From Bradyrhizobium sp. (lineage in GTDB: Bacteria > Pseudomonadota > Alphaproteobacteria > Rhizobiales > Xanthobacteraceae), in the NCBI RefSeq assembly GCF_035570375.1, contig NZ_DATMLW010000198.1, positions 7,479 through 71,478 on the forward strand: DNA of 64,000 bases, in the 5' to 3' direction. The notes beneath the pieces are model-generated. The model made no database searches and was not told the origin of the DNA. It saw only the letters and a list, made by a program, of their open reading frames with translations. Made by a program: the position numbers and the translations under genes. Shown here piece after piece: positions 10,369-20,756 of this stretch; the stretch's first letter is position 1; each line of letters begins with the position of its first letter.

Positions 10369-11208
10369 CTATTCCAGATTGATGTTGAATTCGTAAGAAC
10401 GATCGCCGCCGACCAGTGTCAATTTCAGCGCCGCGCCTTCCGGATTGACGCCGGGCGGCACGCCGTCGAGCTGAAAGGCAAAGCGCTTGACCCCGGGCGG
10501 GCCGGGTTCGCGCAGTTTTGGCACCGGCAGCGACCAGTCCGGCGTCGGTCCTTCGACAAAAAGATTGACGGTGCGCGCATCGGGCGACAGCACGTCGACC
10601 AGAACCGTGGATTTGCCCTCGCGCTTGACGTCGCGGATGGTAAGCGGGTTGGGATCGCCGACACTGGCCGGTTTGGGGACGGTGTCGAGCGCTGCGAACA
10701 GCACGCTGTCTTCGGTGCTCGCGACACTGGCAAAGCCGAGCTCGGCGCTCGCATCGACCGGGATGCAAAGCTTCTCACAGACCGCGTAGTTGATATCGGC
10801 GCGAAGCGTTACCGGCTTGTCGGTACTTTTCGGGACAATCCGCAACGGCAGCACGACCTGGTTCTGATAGCCGAGCGATATGCCACCGCCGCCGTCGTCG
10901 AATTTCATCGGCGCCGGCCACAGAACCGTCACCGCCTCGACATTGTCGGATTTGGAGAAGTCGAAGCGGGGGGGAACGCCGGAGTCACCAGAGGTACGCC
11001 AGTAAGTTTTCCAACCGGGTTCGAGCTGCACGGCGATTCCGCCGAGCAGCACCGGCCCGCTACGCGATCCCGCCAGCAGCCGGACGGCGGAGTGTGCAGC
11101 CTTTTGCCAGGGTGAGGCATCCTCGGCGCGCGCCCCGACGGCAGGCAATGACATCAATGCGGTCAGGGCCAGACCGAGCGCGGCTCGCAACGGAACTTCA
11201 ACGATCAT
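10369..11208 (-). CDS. DsbD N-terminal-domain protein
   Basis: Signal peptide, GWKTYWR..GDSGVPP, WPAP, VCEKLCIP. Confidence 0.85.
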   Translation of the reverse strand: MIVEVPLRAALGLALTALMSLPAVGARAEDASPWQKAAHSAVRLLAGSRSGPVLLGGIAVQLEPGWKTYWRTSGDSGVPPRFDFSKSDNVEAVTVLWPAPMKFDDGGGGISLGYQNQVVLPLRIVPKSTDKPVTLRADINYAVCEKLCIPVDASAELGFASVASTEDSVLFAALDTVPKPASVGDPNPLTIRDVKREGKSTVLVDVLSPDARTVNLFVEGPTPDWSLPVPKLREPGPPGVKRFAFQLDGVPPGVNPEGAALKLTLVGGDRSYEFNINLE

Positions 11209-11339
11209 GACCCGTCCTTACAGAAGAGCGAGATTGTAGGCCATTGAATTGCCTGTGATCTGTATCAGTGCTTTCCGAGCTTGATTGACAGAACCGAGAC
11301 CCAATATCAGGATGGACAAAGGCACGAGGTTCCCAGCGG

Positions 11340-11987
11340 ATGGACCCTGAAGGCAAAAGACCGGGTTTGGTTCGCCGCGAATCCGCCGGCACTGGCGGTG
11401 AAGGGGAGGGCCGTTACCTCGACGGTCAGTTGCTGATCGCGATGCCCGTGATGGGCGATCCCCGCTTTGAGCGTTCGGTGATTTATCTCTGCGCCCATTC
11501 GGCCGAAGGCGCGATGGGCATCATCGTCAACCGGCCCGCGGGCAGCATCGACTTTCCGGGATTGCTGGTGCAGCTCGAGATCATCAAGAAAGCCGATCAG
11601 ATCAAGCTTCCCGAGAATGCCGAGACCATGCGTGTCTTGAAGGGCGGCCCGGTGGAGACGGGGCGCGGTTTCGTGTTGCACTCGAGCGATTTCTTCATCG
11701 AGGATGCGACGCTGAGGATCGACGACGAGATCTGCCTCACCGCGACCGTCGACATCCTGAAGGCGATCGCGCGGGGCGCTGGCCCCAAACATGCCGTGCT
11801 CGCGCTCGGCTATGCCGGGTGGGCGGCCGGGCAGCTGGAAAGTGAAATCCAGGACAATGGATGGCTGCATTGCGACGCCGATCCCGATCTGATCTTCGGC
11901 GACGATATCGAGGAAAAATATAACCGCGCGCTGCGCAAGATCGGGATCGATCCCGGCATGCTGTCGAACGAGGCCGGCCACGCGTAG
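11340..11987 (+). CDS. YqgE/AlgH (DUF179) family protein
   Basis: [38 protein letters not shown]. Confidence 0.92.
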   Translation: MDPEGKRPGLVRRESAGTGGEGEGRYLDGQLLIAMPVMGDPRFERSVIYLCAHSAEGAMGIIVNRPAGSIDFPGLLVQLEIIKKADQIKLPENAETMRVLKGGPVETGRGFVLHSSDFFIEDATLRIDDEICLTATVDILKAIARGAGPKHAVLALGYAGWAAGQLESEIQDNGWLHCDADPDLIFGDDIEEKYNRALRKIGIDPGMLSNEAGHA

Positions 11988-12049
11988 GTTTGGGCCGTCA
12001 TGGCGGACAGGATGAAGTTTTGTCGAGCTGGAGCGGCATCGAAGGTGTT

Positions 12050-12310
12050 ACCTCTCCCCTTGCGGGAGAGGCATAGGCCGCCTAGGGCGGCCGTCATTTA
12101 GAGGACGCCGAAGCAAAGCTTCGGCTACGTCGCAGCTTTAGATGCGATCCGGGTGAGGGGTTTACCCGCCGAAAATTTCCATTTTGAGTGCTCGGACAGT
12201 GACCCCTGATCCGGCGCGGACTTCGCATGGCCGATGCAAAGCATCGGCGTCCTAAAAGAACGGCGGCCGCAGGCCGCCTATGGCCACCTTCTCGCGCAAG
12301 GGGAGAAGGA
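12050..12310. repeat. Composite palindromic element (CCTCTCCC..GGGAGAGG family) with a nested CATAG..CTATG-type insert in each arm
   Basis: Arms match copies at 34499, 39068, 42349, 43739, 45171, 46497; inserts at 12072-12129 and 12226-12282. Confidence 0.75.
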
Positions 12311-12358
12311 AGGGCGGTTGCAGCCTCCGCTGATTCAACCATGAATCATCGCGCCAAC

Positions 12359-13246
12359 CTACTCCGCCGCCTGCTGCGCCACCGTGGGCTCGGTGCCGGC
12401 GACCGTAGCACGCCGCATGTCGCGCGGCTGCGACTGATCGTAACGGCGAACGCGGTGCATGGTCTGGCGGTTATCCCACATCACGAGGTCGTGCACCGTC
12501 CATTTGTGGACATGGACGAACTCCCTCTGCGTGGCATGCTCGGTGAGGTCGCGCAGCAACAGCCGCGCCTCCGGCACGCTCATGCCGAGGATCGCGCCCG
12601 CATGCGACGACAGATAGAGCGACTTGCGGCGATGCACAGGATGGGTCCGCACCAGCCGTTGCCGCACCGGCTTGAACATCTGCCTTTCCTCTTCGGAGTA
12701 ATCGACAAAGCCGAGCGATCCCCGCGAATACATCAGCGAATGCTCGCAGATCAGATCCTCGATCTCCGCCTTGGTCTCCCCGTCGAGCGCGTCATAGGCC
12801 GCGCGCATGTCGGCGAATTCGGTGTTGCCGCCGTTCGGGTTCACCACTCGCGCCGACAGAAGCGAGAATTTTGCCGGTATAGCCCGAAACGAACTGTCGG
12901 AATGCCACAGACAGTTGCCGAGATTGAACAAATGGGTGCGGTGATCGCGCGGCAGCGGCTTGCCGTCCTTGCCGAGATTGGAAACATCGTTCAGTCCCGA
13001 GGAGAGCCGGTAATCTTCCTTCCTGGTCACCGTTCCGCCGCGCGAGGTCTCGCGCTCGCCGAAATTGAGCGCAAACGCCAGTTGCTGCTCGTCCGTGATG
13101 TCCTGGTTTGGGAACAAGAGTACCGCGTATTCGTCCATGCCTGCTTCGATGTCGCGTGCCTCCTGCGGCGTCAGCGGCTTTCGCAGATCGACGCCGGAGA
13201 CTTCTCCAAAGAAATGCGGGTGAAGCTTTCGGATCGTCACGGACAT
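12359..13246 (-). CDS. TauD/TfdA-family alpha-ketoglutarate dioxygenase (TfdA-like)
   Basis: WHSDSSF (HxD), GGNTEFADMRAAYDAL, WDNRQTMHR; SD GGAGAGG before ATG 13246. Confidence 0.9.
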   Translation of the reverse strand: MSVTIRKLHPHFFGEVSGVDLRKPLTPQEARDIEAGMDEYAVLLFPNQDITDEQQLAFALNFGERETSRGGTVTRKEDYRLSSGLNDVSNLGKDGKPLPRDHRTHLFNLGNCLWHSDSSFRAIPAKFSLLSARVVNPNGGNTEFADMRAAYDALDGETKAEIEDLICEHSLMYSRGSLGFVDYSEEERQMFKPVRQRLVRTHPVHRRKSLYLSSHAGAILGMSVPEARLLLRDLTEHATQREFVHVHKWTVHDLVMWDNRQTMHRVRRYDQSQPRDMRRATVAGTEPTVAQQAAE

Positions 13247-13460
13247 GGGGTCCTCTCCCTGATCGGCCTGCAGCTTGTTCCGCCGCATGAAACAGAGGCT
13301 ACTCGCCGACCTCTTCAAGTCAACGGCTCGACATGGTCGTCGGCTCTGCCAACGTAGGAGAAGCAAGGAACCTGAACGGGCTTCGCCGGGTTACTTCGCT
13401 GAAATGAACGCGGGGCGCCGGCCCAGCGGTATCAACACACGGAAACAGGGAGTGACCGCG

Positions 13461-13832
13461 ATGGACAAGGATCGAATCGTCGGTTCGGCAAAGGATGCCG
13501 CTGGAAAGGTCGAGGGTGCCTTCGGTGAGGCGACCGGTGATGCTCAAACCCAGGCTGCCGGTCGGGTGCGAGAGGCGGCCGGTTCGGTGCAGAATCTTTT
13601 TGGCCAGGCCAAGGATGCCGCGCGCGACGCAGGCGAAGCTGCCGTCGACTACGCCAGGGGCGCCTACGATCAGAGTGGCGAAACCTTGCGCGGCGGCACG
13701 CAGGCCGTGGCAAAGACAGTGCAGGACAATCCGCTCGGCTCGCTCCTGCTTGCAGGTGGCATCGGCTTTGCGCTCGGCCTCCTGATGACGCGCCCGCGCC
13801 GGCCGCCGCCGCGCTGGCGCTACTACGGCTGA
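13461..13832 (+). CDS. CsbD-family stress protein with C-terminal TM helix
   Basis: MDKDRIVGSAK..GKVEGAFGEATGD; NPLGSLLLAGGIGFALG. Confidence 0.85.
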   Translation: MDKDRIVGSAKDAAGKVEGAFGEATGDAQTQAAGRVREAAGSVQNLFGQAKDAARDAGEAAVDYARGAYDQSGETLRGGTQAVAKTVQDNPLGSLLLAGGIGFALGLLMTRPRRPPPRWRYYG

Positions 13833-13944
13833 GGCGCAAGCTGCTCCAGACTTCACGCCATGTGCCCAACTTGATTGCTGAAGGACGATGCTTGCCGCGA
13901 GCGCTGACATCAGCGCTCGTGGGCTTTTTGCCGAAAGAACGGGC

Positions 13945-15681
13945 CTATCGCGTCAGGTTGCCATTAGCTGGCGGCGCCTGCTGCGCCGGCGGCGCGGCTG
14001 CCGAGCGCCCGACATTGGCCGGCGGTCGCGGCACGCCTTGGGTGCGCGGCGAAGGTTGCGGTTGACGCGCCGGCGGCGGGCTTCCGAAGCCGAAGAAATT
14101 CCCGAACGTCGGGGCAGCCGATTGAACCGGCGGGGCCGGTTGAGCCGGCGTGGGGGCGGCCGGCTGGACCGAATTCGGCTTCTTTGGCTTCTGGGCCGGG
14201 GCGGGCGCTGTTGCCGCAGGCGTGCCGTCGGGAGTGATGGCAGCTACCGGCGTTTCGCCCTTGACCTGCTCGCGTCCGACCTCGCGCCGCGGCCAGGCAA
14301 AGTCATCGGCGCGGCCCGCCGGTGCTGCCAGCGGCTCGCCTTTGACGAGGGTTTTCGCCACCAGTGTATCGACCGCGGCCGGGCGCGATCCCGGACCACC
14401 GAGCAGTTGATCGGTGCCGACGGAGGAAGCGACCAGCGGCAGGATCGGGCCCGCGAGCGGACGCGGTGCTGGCTGTCCGGGCTGCGCGTTGGCATCTGGC
14501 GTCAGCGGCTCGGTCGGCAGCATGAACGGCGCCGAGCGCCCCGCCAGCAGGCGCGTGATCTCGCGCTCGACATAATGGGCGAGCTTGCGCGCGCCGGGCT
14601 TGGTGAAATACACGCCGTCATAGGAGCGCAGGCGGCGGATCTGGCCCTCGAAGTCGGGGCCCTGTTGCAGGAAGCGACCGGCCTCGTCGACGAACCCGTC
14701 CCAGACATCGACATAGGTGATGCCGGCCTTGGCCGAACCCTCGCGGTAGAGCGAATCCAGAAACAGCGCGTCCGACGTCGCCTTGGCGCCGCGCACCGCC
14801 GGCAAGCCGACCCACAGCACCGGCACGCCCTTGGTTTTCAGGATCGCGAGCATCTCGTCGATCTTCTTGTTGTAGGGTTCGACCCATCGTTCGTCGCGGA
14901 ACTGGACCAGGCCAGTGGGCGAACGCGAGCTTCTTTCCGGCGTGACGTTCGGCTGGCTCTCGCCCTTCTCCTCATCGTCGGCCAATTCGGCATCGGCTGC
15001 CTTGTCGTCGGGCTTGGCAGCGGCATCGGCCGCGTCGTCGCTCTTGCCCGCGGGCCTGGTTTCGCCGGGCTTATCGCCGGACCTGGAATCCGGTTTGGCG
15101 CGGGCATCCTTCTTGTCGCCCTTTTTGTCGCCCGGCTTGGCGTCGGATTTCTCTGCCGCCACCTCGCGCATGGCGATGCGGTCGTTGAGACCGAGCATGA
15201 CCACGATGATGTCGGGCTTTTCTGCCGCAAGGATGGTCTTGGCCGCGGCCGCCCAGTCCGCCGGTTCGCCCTTGGGCTGATATTGGATGAGGCCGGAGAC
15301 GGTCTTGTGCCGCCGGATCACGCCCATGTCCGGCTGCTCGGCATAGGCATCCTCAAGACCATAAGCGAGCCAATCCGCCATGGAATCGCCGAGCACCAGA
15401 ACATTGCGTTCGGGGATGGTGTCGCGCTTGGCCGGCGGCGGCGCTTTGGAAAAATCCTCGACTCGCCTCGGCTGCTGCTGTTGCTGAAATGGCGCAAAGA
15501 AGTCGCGGCCGAACCAGCTCCGTTGGTTTTGCTGCTGCGATTGGCCCGGCGGGCCGCCGAACCAGTTCCACTGCGCGGACGCAGGCGCCACCACAGCGAC
15601 CAAAAGAGCGATCGCAGCGGCCAACGCGACCATCGGGCCGCCTTCAGTAAACAAGTGCAAAAAGGACTTTTTCCTCGGCAT
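13945..15681 (-). CDS. SGNH hydrolase / DUF459 periplasmic protein
   Basis: VLGDSMAD, MLGLND, VLWVGLP, DGVYFT; signal peptide; Pro-rich tail; start chosen at MPRKK. Confidence 0.85.
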   Translation of the reverse strand: MPRKKSFLHLFTEGGPMVALAAAIALLVAVVAPASAQWNWFGGPPGQSQQQNQRSWFGRDFFAPFQQQQQPRRVEDFSKAPPPAKRDTIPERNVLVLGDSMADWLAYGLEDAYAEQPDMGVIRRHKTVSGLIQYQPKGEPADWAAAAKTILAAEKPDIIVVMLGLNDRIAMREVAAEKSDAKPGDKKGDKKDARAKPDSRSGDKPGETRPAGKSDDAADAAAKPDDKAADAELADDEEKGESQPNVTPERSSRSPTGLVQFRDERWVEPYNKKIDEMLAILKTKGVPVLWVGLPAVRGAKATSDALFLDSLYREGSAKAGITYVDVWDGFVDEAGRFLQQGPDFEGQIRRLRSYDGVYFTKPGARKLAHYVEREITRLLAGRSAPFMLPTEPLTPDANAQPGQPAPRPLAGPILPLVASSVGTDQLLGGPGSRPAAVDTLVAKTLVKGEPLAAPAGRADDFAWPRREVGREQVKGETPVAAITPDGTPAATAPAPAQKPKKPNSVQPAAPTPAQPAPPVQSAAPTFGNFFGFGSPPPARQPQPSPRTQGVPRPPANVGRSAAAPPAQQAPPANGNLTR

Positions 15682-15874
15682 GCGGCCCAATCGCATCGTG
15701 TGGTTCGAACGGTAGCTAGGATAACTGAATTCGACCGTAAGCGGACACATTTCCTGCGCCCGGAGGCGGCCGTCACCAGCTACCTTAGAACGCTTAATAC
15801 GGCCAGGTTGTGCCGGGAACCGGATTTCGTGCGGTAAACAAACAGGATTACTTTCGAGGCCGGATGCCCCGGAA

Positions 15875-17272
15875 TCACCGTCCTCGCAGCCGCTCGAGCA
15901 CTTCCGAGGAGGCAAACCCGTCGGCCGGGGCGCCGACCGAGGCCTGGAAGCCGCGCAGCGCCTCCCTGGTTTCGCCGCCGAACTGGCCGTCCGGGGTGCC
16001 GCGATAGAACCCGCGCTGCGCCAGAAGCTGCTGCAATTCCAGCCGCTCGGCACGCGACAATTCCCGCTCCTGCCGCGGCCAGGGTTGCACGAAGGGCGGG
16101 CCGCCGCGCAGCCGGTCGGCGAAATGGCCGATCGCGAGCGCATAGGCCTCCGCCGGATTGTATTTCATGATCACGCGGAAATTCTGCAGCATCAAAAAGC
16201 CCGGTCCCTCGGCACCCGCGGGCGCCAGCAGATAGGCCTTGTCGGTGGAAGCCGGGAATGGCTGACCATTGGCGCGCGTGATGCCCAGGTGTTCCCACTG
16301 CGCGAATGTCATGCTCCTGGCCCGATCCGCCAGCATGTAATTGAAACCCTTCGGCACCACGACTTCGTAGCCCCAGCCTTTGCCGGTCTGCCAGCCGTCC
16401 TTCTTCAGGTTGTTGGCCGTGGAGGCGATCAGATCGGCGGGATTGTCGACTACGTCGCGCCGGCCGTCGCCGTCGGCATCGACCGCATAACGCTTGAACG
16501 CCGTCGGCATGAACTGGGTCGGCCCGAACGCGCCCGCCCAGGAGCCGCGCATCTGCTCGGGGCGCAAATCGCCGTGGTGAAGGATTTCGAGCGCGGAGAG
16601 GAACTCATCGCGGAAATATTTCTGGCGGCGGCCGATGCAGGCCAGCGTTGCGGTGGACTGCAGAACGCTGCGATCGCCGATCTGGGTGGAGTAGTTCGAC
16701 TCGATGCCCCAGATCGCAGCGATCACGTGGCGGTCTACGCCATAGGCCTTCTCCGTCGCGTCGAACTGTACCTTGTATTTGGCAAGGATCTCCCGGCCCT
16801 TGGCGAGGCGGTTGTCGTTGACGAGGATATCCAGATAGTCCCAGATCGACTTGGTGAATTCGGGCTGCGAATCCATCAGATCCATGATGCGCAAATCGGG
16901 CGCAAGGCCGGCGCTAAACCGCGCAAAACTGTCCTGCGAGATGTTGCGTCGCGCCGCGTCCGGCCACATCGAGGCGATGCAATTGTCGAAATTCGCCGCC
17001 GCCTCGCGGATCGCGCTCGCCGTCATCAGGGGATGGCCGGAGGCGCCGTCCTCGCCGCTCCACGGCCGCGGCCCGGCGCTCGCGGAGGCCGGTGGCGTGG
17101 GCACCGCTTGCGGGGTTTGGCTTGCTTTCGACGACGAGCCGCCGAAGATGTTACCGAGAAAGTCGAGCGGCCCGCTCGATTGCGCGCGCGCTTGTCCCAC
17201 CCACAGCAGCATCGCCGCAAGCAGTACTGTGCCCGCTCGTTTCCTCGCCGGCCTTGTTGCTGGTCCTGTCAT
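15875..17272 (-). CDS. Lytic murein transglycosylase (MltB-like) with peptidoglycan-binding domain
   Basis: QPEF, AIWGIESNY, GSWAGAFGPTQFMP, C-terminal LQQLL..DGQFG..T. Confidence 0.92.
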   Translation of the reverse strand: MTGPATRPARKRAGTVLLAAMLLWVGQARAQSSGPLDFLGNIFGGSSSKASQTPQAVPTPPASASAGPRPWSGEDGASGHPLMTASAIREAAANFDNCIASMWPDAARRNISQDSFARFSAGLAPDLRIMDLMDSQPEFTKSIWDYLDILVNDNRLAKGREILAKYKVQFDATEKAYGVDRHVIAAIWGIESNYSTQIGDRSVLQSTATLACIGRRQKYFRDEFLSALEILHHGDLRPEQMRGSWAGAFGPTQFMPTAFKRYAVDADGDGRRDVVDNPADLIASTANNLKKDGWQTGKGWGYEVVVPKGFNYMLADRARSMTFAQWEHLGITRANGQPFPASTDKAYLLAPAGAEGPGFLMLQNFRVIMKYNPAEAYALAIGHFADRLRGGPPFVQPWPRQERELSRAERLELQQLLAQRGFYRGTPDGQFGGETREALRGFQASVGAPADGFASSEVLERLRGR

Positions 17273-17303
17273 GTCGCACCCGAAAGGCATTCAGGCAGCA
17301 GGC

Positions 17304-17471
17304 CTGGAGCTCCGATTGCGAAGTTCGCAAGCTATCGCGGCGACCTCTGATGCGAACTTCGGAATCAAAGGAGCTCCAGCAACTTGTTGATTTGAGTAGC
17401 GGCTTCGAATTTGAAGTTCCTATCACGAACTCGCGGCGATACCGATAGGAACTTCAAATTCGCCGCACTGG
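17304..17471. mobile_element. Double-hairpin CTAG-bounded element, one unit (MITE/REPIN-like)
   Basis: Hairpin A GATTGCGAAGTTCGCA/TGCGAACTTCGGAATC, linker, hairpin B GAATTTGAAGTTCCTATC/GATAGGAACTTCAAATTC; near-identical to units at 40939 and 49108. Confidence 0.8.
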
Positions 17472-17652
17472 TAACGGTTTCCAACAACTTAACAAAGGCG
17501 GAATTTTTGCGTCAGGCGGCTTTGGGGTGAAAAAAGAGCGCCTGGCGCGGAAACCTTTATCTCACATCCGCCTTTGTTCTCGGCCGCAAAGCGGCTACTA
17601 GTGCGATCAAAATCTGCTTTCTTTCCGCCCTCGCAACCCAGTCCCGATCCCG

Positions 17653-18528
17653 ATGAAAATCCGCAAAGCCGTCTTCCCAGTCGCCGGTCTCGGCACCCGC
17701 GTCCTGCCAGCCACCAAGGCTATGCCAAAGGAAATGCTCACCATCGTCGACAAGCCGCTGATTCAGTATGTCGTCGACGAAGCCAGGGAAGCCGGCATCG
17801 AGCATTTCATCTTCGTCACCGGCCGCAACAAGGGCGTGATCGAGGATCATTTCGACCGGATGTTCGAGCTCGATGCCACGCTTGCCGCGCGCGGCAAGAA
17901 GGCGGAGATGGAGATCCTGGCACGCGATCAGCCGGAAGCCGGCGCGATGAGCTTCACACGGCAGCAGGCGCCGCTCGGGCTCGGCCACGCGGTGTGGTGC
18001 GCGCGCGACATCGTCGGTCACGAGCCGTTTGCGGTGGTGCTGCCCGATGAGCTAGTGCTCAACACGCCGGGATGTCTGGCGCAAATGATCGAAGCGGCGG
18101 CACGGCTCGACAAGAACTCCAACCTGATCGCGGTGGAGGCCGTGCCCGATCATCTCACCCACCAATACGGCATCTGCGGCGTCGGCAAGCGCGACGGCAA
18201 TATTTTCGAGGTCGACGGGATGGTGGAAAAGCCGCGCAAGGGAACTGCGCCATCGAACCTTTCGATCACCGGGCGCTACATCCTGCAGCCGGAAATCTTC
18301 AATGTCCTGGAAACCCTGGAACATGGCGCCGGCGGCGAAATCCAGCTCACCGATGCAATGATTGGCCTGGCGAAAAAGCAGAAATTCTATGGCGTCGAGT
18401 TCAAGGGCGAGCGGCACGATTGCGGCTCGAAGGCCGGATTCCTGCGCGCCAATATCGCTTACGCCATGGCACGGCCCGAGCTGCGTGACGGACTTCGCGC
18501 CGATCTGAAGAAATATCTGGGCAAGTGA
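17653..18528 (+). CDS. galU: UTP-glucose-1-phosphate uridylyltransferase
   Basis: KAVFPVAGLGTRVLPATKAMPKEML, GLGHA, VEKP, GEIQLTDA. Confidence 0.96.
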   Translation: MKIRKAVFPVAGLGTRVLPATKAMPKEMLTIVDKPLIQYVVDEAREAGIEHFIFVTGRNKGVIEDHFDRMFELDATLAARGKKAEMEILARDQPEAGAMSFTRQQAPLGLGHAVWCARDIVGHEPFAVVLPDELVLNTPGCLAQMIEAAARLDKNSNLIAVEAVPDHLTHQYGICGVGKRDGNIFEVDGMVEKPRKGTAPSNLSITGRYILQPEIFNVLETLEHGAGGEIQLTDAMIGLAKKQKFYGVEFKGERHDCGSKAGFLRANIAYAMARPELRDGLRADLKKYLGK

Positions 18529-18550
18529 CGACGGGAGCGCCCAAGCTCAC

Positions 18551-18634
18551 GTCGTCATTCCGGGGCGATGCGAAGCATCGAACCCGGAATCTCGAGGTTC
18601 CGGGTTCGGCTTTACGAGCCGCCCCGGAACGACG
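18551..18634. repeat. REP-like element (GTCATTCCGGG...CCCGGAATGAC family)
   Basis: Terminal inverted repeats, related to 29452-29552; between convergent genes. Confidence 0.75.
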
Positions 18635-18644
18635 GAACAGCCCC

Positions 18645-20141
18645 TCAGGCCACCAGCGACAAATTCGAGGCGCCCGCAAGCACGCATCGATTGCGGCCAC
18701 TGGCCTTGGCCGCGTACAGCGCCTGATCGGCGGCCTTCACCAGCCGGTTCCAGTCGGCGGAGCCGCCGGGTACGAGGCTCGCAACCCCGACACTGACGGT
18801 GGTGATCGCGCTCTCGCCACACCATTGCTCGACCTTCAGGCGGATGGTTTCGGCCACCCCGAGAGCCTCGGCAGGCGAGAGTCCGGGCAACAATATCGCA
18901 AATTCCTCGCCGCCATAGCGCGCCACACAATCGCCGGCGCGCTGCACCGAATCCGAAATGCAGATCGCAATCCCGACCAGCAGCTCGTCGCCGGCCTGGT
19001 GTCCGAAGGTGTCGTTGTAGGTCTTGAAATAGTCGGCGTCGATCATGAGCAATGCGACCGGCTTCCTCTGCCGTGCCGCGCGCCGCCACTCGGCGTCGAT
19101 CACGGCATCGAACTTGCGCCGGTTTCGCAGGCCCGTCAGCGCATCGGTCGTGGCAAGTTCCTCGAGCTTGTCCTCGGCGGCGGCGCGGCGCCCGATTTCG
19201 CGGGCCAGAAACAAGGTCACCCCGAGCACGAAAAGAATCAGCGCCGACATCAGCGCGCCGATCCGGGTCATCTCCATGCGCCAGAGTTCGTAGATATCGC
19301 TCCACTGCTTGCCCACGAGAACGACGAGCGGCCTTGTGCTGTCACGCCAGACATAAAGCCGCGGCCGATGGGTCGAATAGGAAATTCCCGTATACGATCC
19401 GCTCGGCTCCGACATCACACGTTTCACGGTGGGTAGATCGCCGAGGTTCTTGCCGATCATATCCAGATCGAACGGCGTGCGCATGATCACGGTGCCGTCC
19501 TTGCGAAAAACCGAGATGATGTCGTTGGGGCCGAGTTTCAGGCGGCCGAACAGCTCATGAAAATAGCTGAAGCGGATCGAGCCAGCGACCACGCCGAGAA
19601 AACGTCCATCTTCGCCGGTGATGCGCCGGCTGAGCACGATGGCATAAGCGCCGTGGTGCAGTATCGGCCGGCTGATGAAAAGCCCAAGGTCGGGATTTTG
19701 GAGGTGAATTTTGAAATATTCCTCGTCGCTGCGATCTTCAGGGATCGGGTCCAAGGTCGATGCGTCGACGGTCAGTCGTCCCGCGGCATCGAACACCTGG
19801 ATCACGCCGAAATGTTTCGCGGTCGCCGCGTGATCGAACAGGATCAGTTGCCGGAGCGGCCTGCTGACCTGATTGATCTCCGGCAACTGCATGTCGGTGG
19901 CGACATCACGCAGCGACAGATCGTATAGCTCGACGTTGCGGCCGATATCCGCATCAATGCTCGATGCGAGATTCTCGAGCGCCTGACGCGCCAGCTCTTC
20001 CTCGCCCCGCCGCATCTCCAGCATCACGCTGACGCAGATGGCGGAAAAGCCGATCACAGTGACGAGCGCGAACACGATCAGCAGCTTGGCTGACAGCCGC
20101 CACGGTCGACTGGCTCCATCTCTGCGCTTTGCGAATGGCAT
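18645..20141 (-). CDS. Membrane sensor (Cache-type) diguanylate cyclase
   Basis: Two TM segments around a periplasmic domain; DALTGLRNRR, DADYFKTYNDTFGH, RAGD I-site, RYGGEEF. Confidence 0.92.
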   Translation of the reverse strand: MPFAKRRDGASRPWRLSAKLLIVFALVTVIGFSAICVSVMLEMRRGEEELARQALENLASSIDADIGRNVELYDLSLRDVATDMQLPEINQVSRPLRQLILFDHAATAKHFGVIQVFDAAGRLTVDASTLDPIPEDRSDEEYFKIHLQNPDLGLFISRPILHHGAYAIVLSRRITGEDGRFLGVVAGSIRFSYFHELFGRLKLGPNDIISVFRKDGTVIMRTPFDLDMIGKNLGDLPTVKRVMSEPSGSYTGISYSTHRPRLYVWRDSTRPLVVLVGKQWSDIYELWRMEMTRIGALMSALILFVLGVTLFLAREIGRRAAAEDKLEELATTDALTGLRNRRKFDAVIDAEWRRAARQRKPVALLMIDADYFKTYNDTFGHQAGDELLVGIAICISDSVQRAGDCVARYGGEEFAILLPGLSPAEALGVAETIRLKVEQWCGESAITTVSVGVASLVPGGSADWNRLVKAADQALYAAKASGRNRCVLAGASNLSLVA

Positions 20142-20398
20142 TTTCCTGCTCCCGGGGCAGTCAGCGTTGCACCCGGAATGGTTGCGGTTGGCTTAAATGA
20201 CAATCGCGAGCCCAGTGCTTGGGTTAATGCTTCGTTGCCGGAGGCAGGATGCCGGAGACGGCGAGCCACGATCGCTGCCGCCGAAAGTTGACCACGGTTT
20301 TGCGCCGTGCTCTGAACCATGAATTGGGGAGCATCGCCCAACCTCTCCGACGTCGACGCCGGGATGGCCTGGCGGGATCATTCGAGCCGGGAAAGCAA

Positions 20399-20653
20399 GT
20401 GAACGACTACAACGCGCTGCGCGACTATCTGGCGAAACAGAAGCTCCCCGAACTGGTTCTGAGTTTCGAACAGATCGAGGAGATCATCGGCGCTGCGCTG
20501 CCGCGCGCGGCGCAGCGGGCGTCGTGGTGGGAGACCTTGCGCAGCCCGCAGGAAAAGATGCCGCAGCGCGAAGCCTGCCTTGCCGCCGGCTACATCGCCA
20601 CGCGGCTGCCGGACGGCAGGCACGTCCGGTTCGACCGGATGAAGGTGAGATAA
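20399..20653 (+). CDS. Small conserved hypothetical protein (resembles DUF7662-type domain)
   Basis: GTG 20399; Y..LRDYL..ELVLSFEQIEEIIGAALP..A..SWW; high GC3 codon use. Confidence 0.65.
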   Translation: MNDYNALRDYLAKQKLPELVLSFEQIEEIIGAALPRAAQRASWWETLRSPQEKMPQREACLAAGYIATRLPDGRHVRFDRMKVR

Positions 20654-20686
20654 GCTCGCGCAACCGTCGATAACCGGGAAGGGACG

Positions 20687-20730
20687 ATGAAAGCGGTCTT
20701 TCTCACTGGCCATACTGGAAACGAGGTCGG
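20687..20730 (+). pseudogene. 5' stub of an MDR/zinc-binding dehydrogenase gene
   Basis: SD GAAGGG then MKAVFLTGHTGNEV, a typical MDR N-terminus; similarity is lost immediately afterwards. Confidence 0.5.
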
Positions 20731-20756
20731 TTGCGCTCTGGTTGGGAGTTCCAGCG

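Noticed and set aside
12359-13246. Acquired 2,4-D degradation gene
   Set aside because: No other tfd genes or mobility functions nearby; chromosomal TfdA-like genes are common in this lineage
15682-16143. Long N-terminal extension of the DUF459 ORF
   Set aside because: Overlaps the transglycosylase in another frame; the signal peptide indicates a start near 15681
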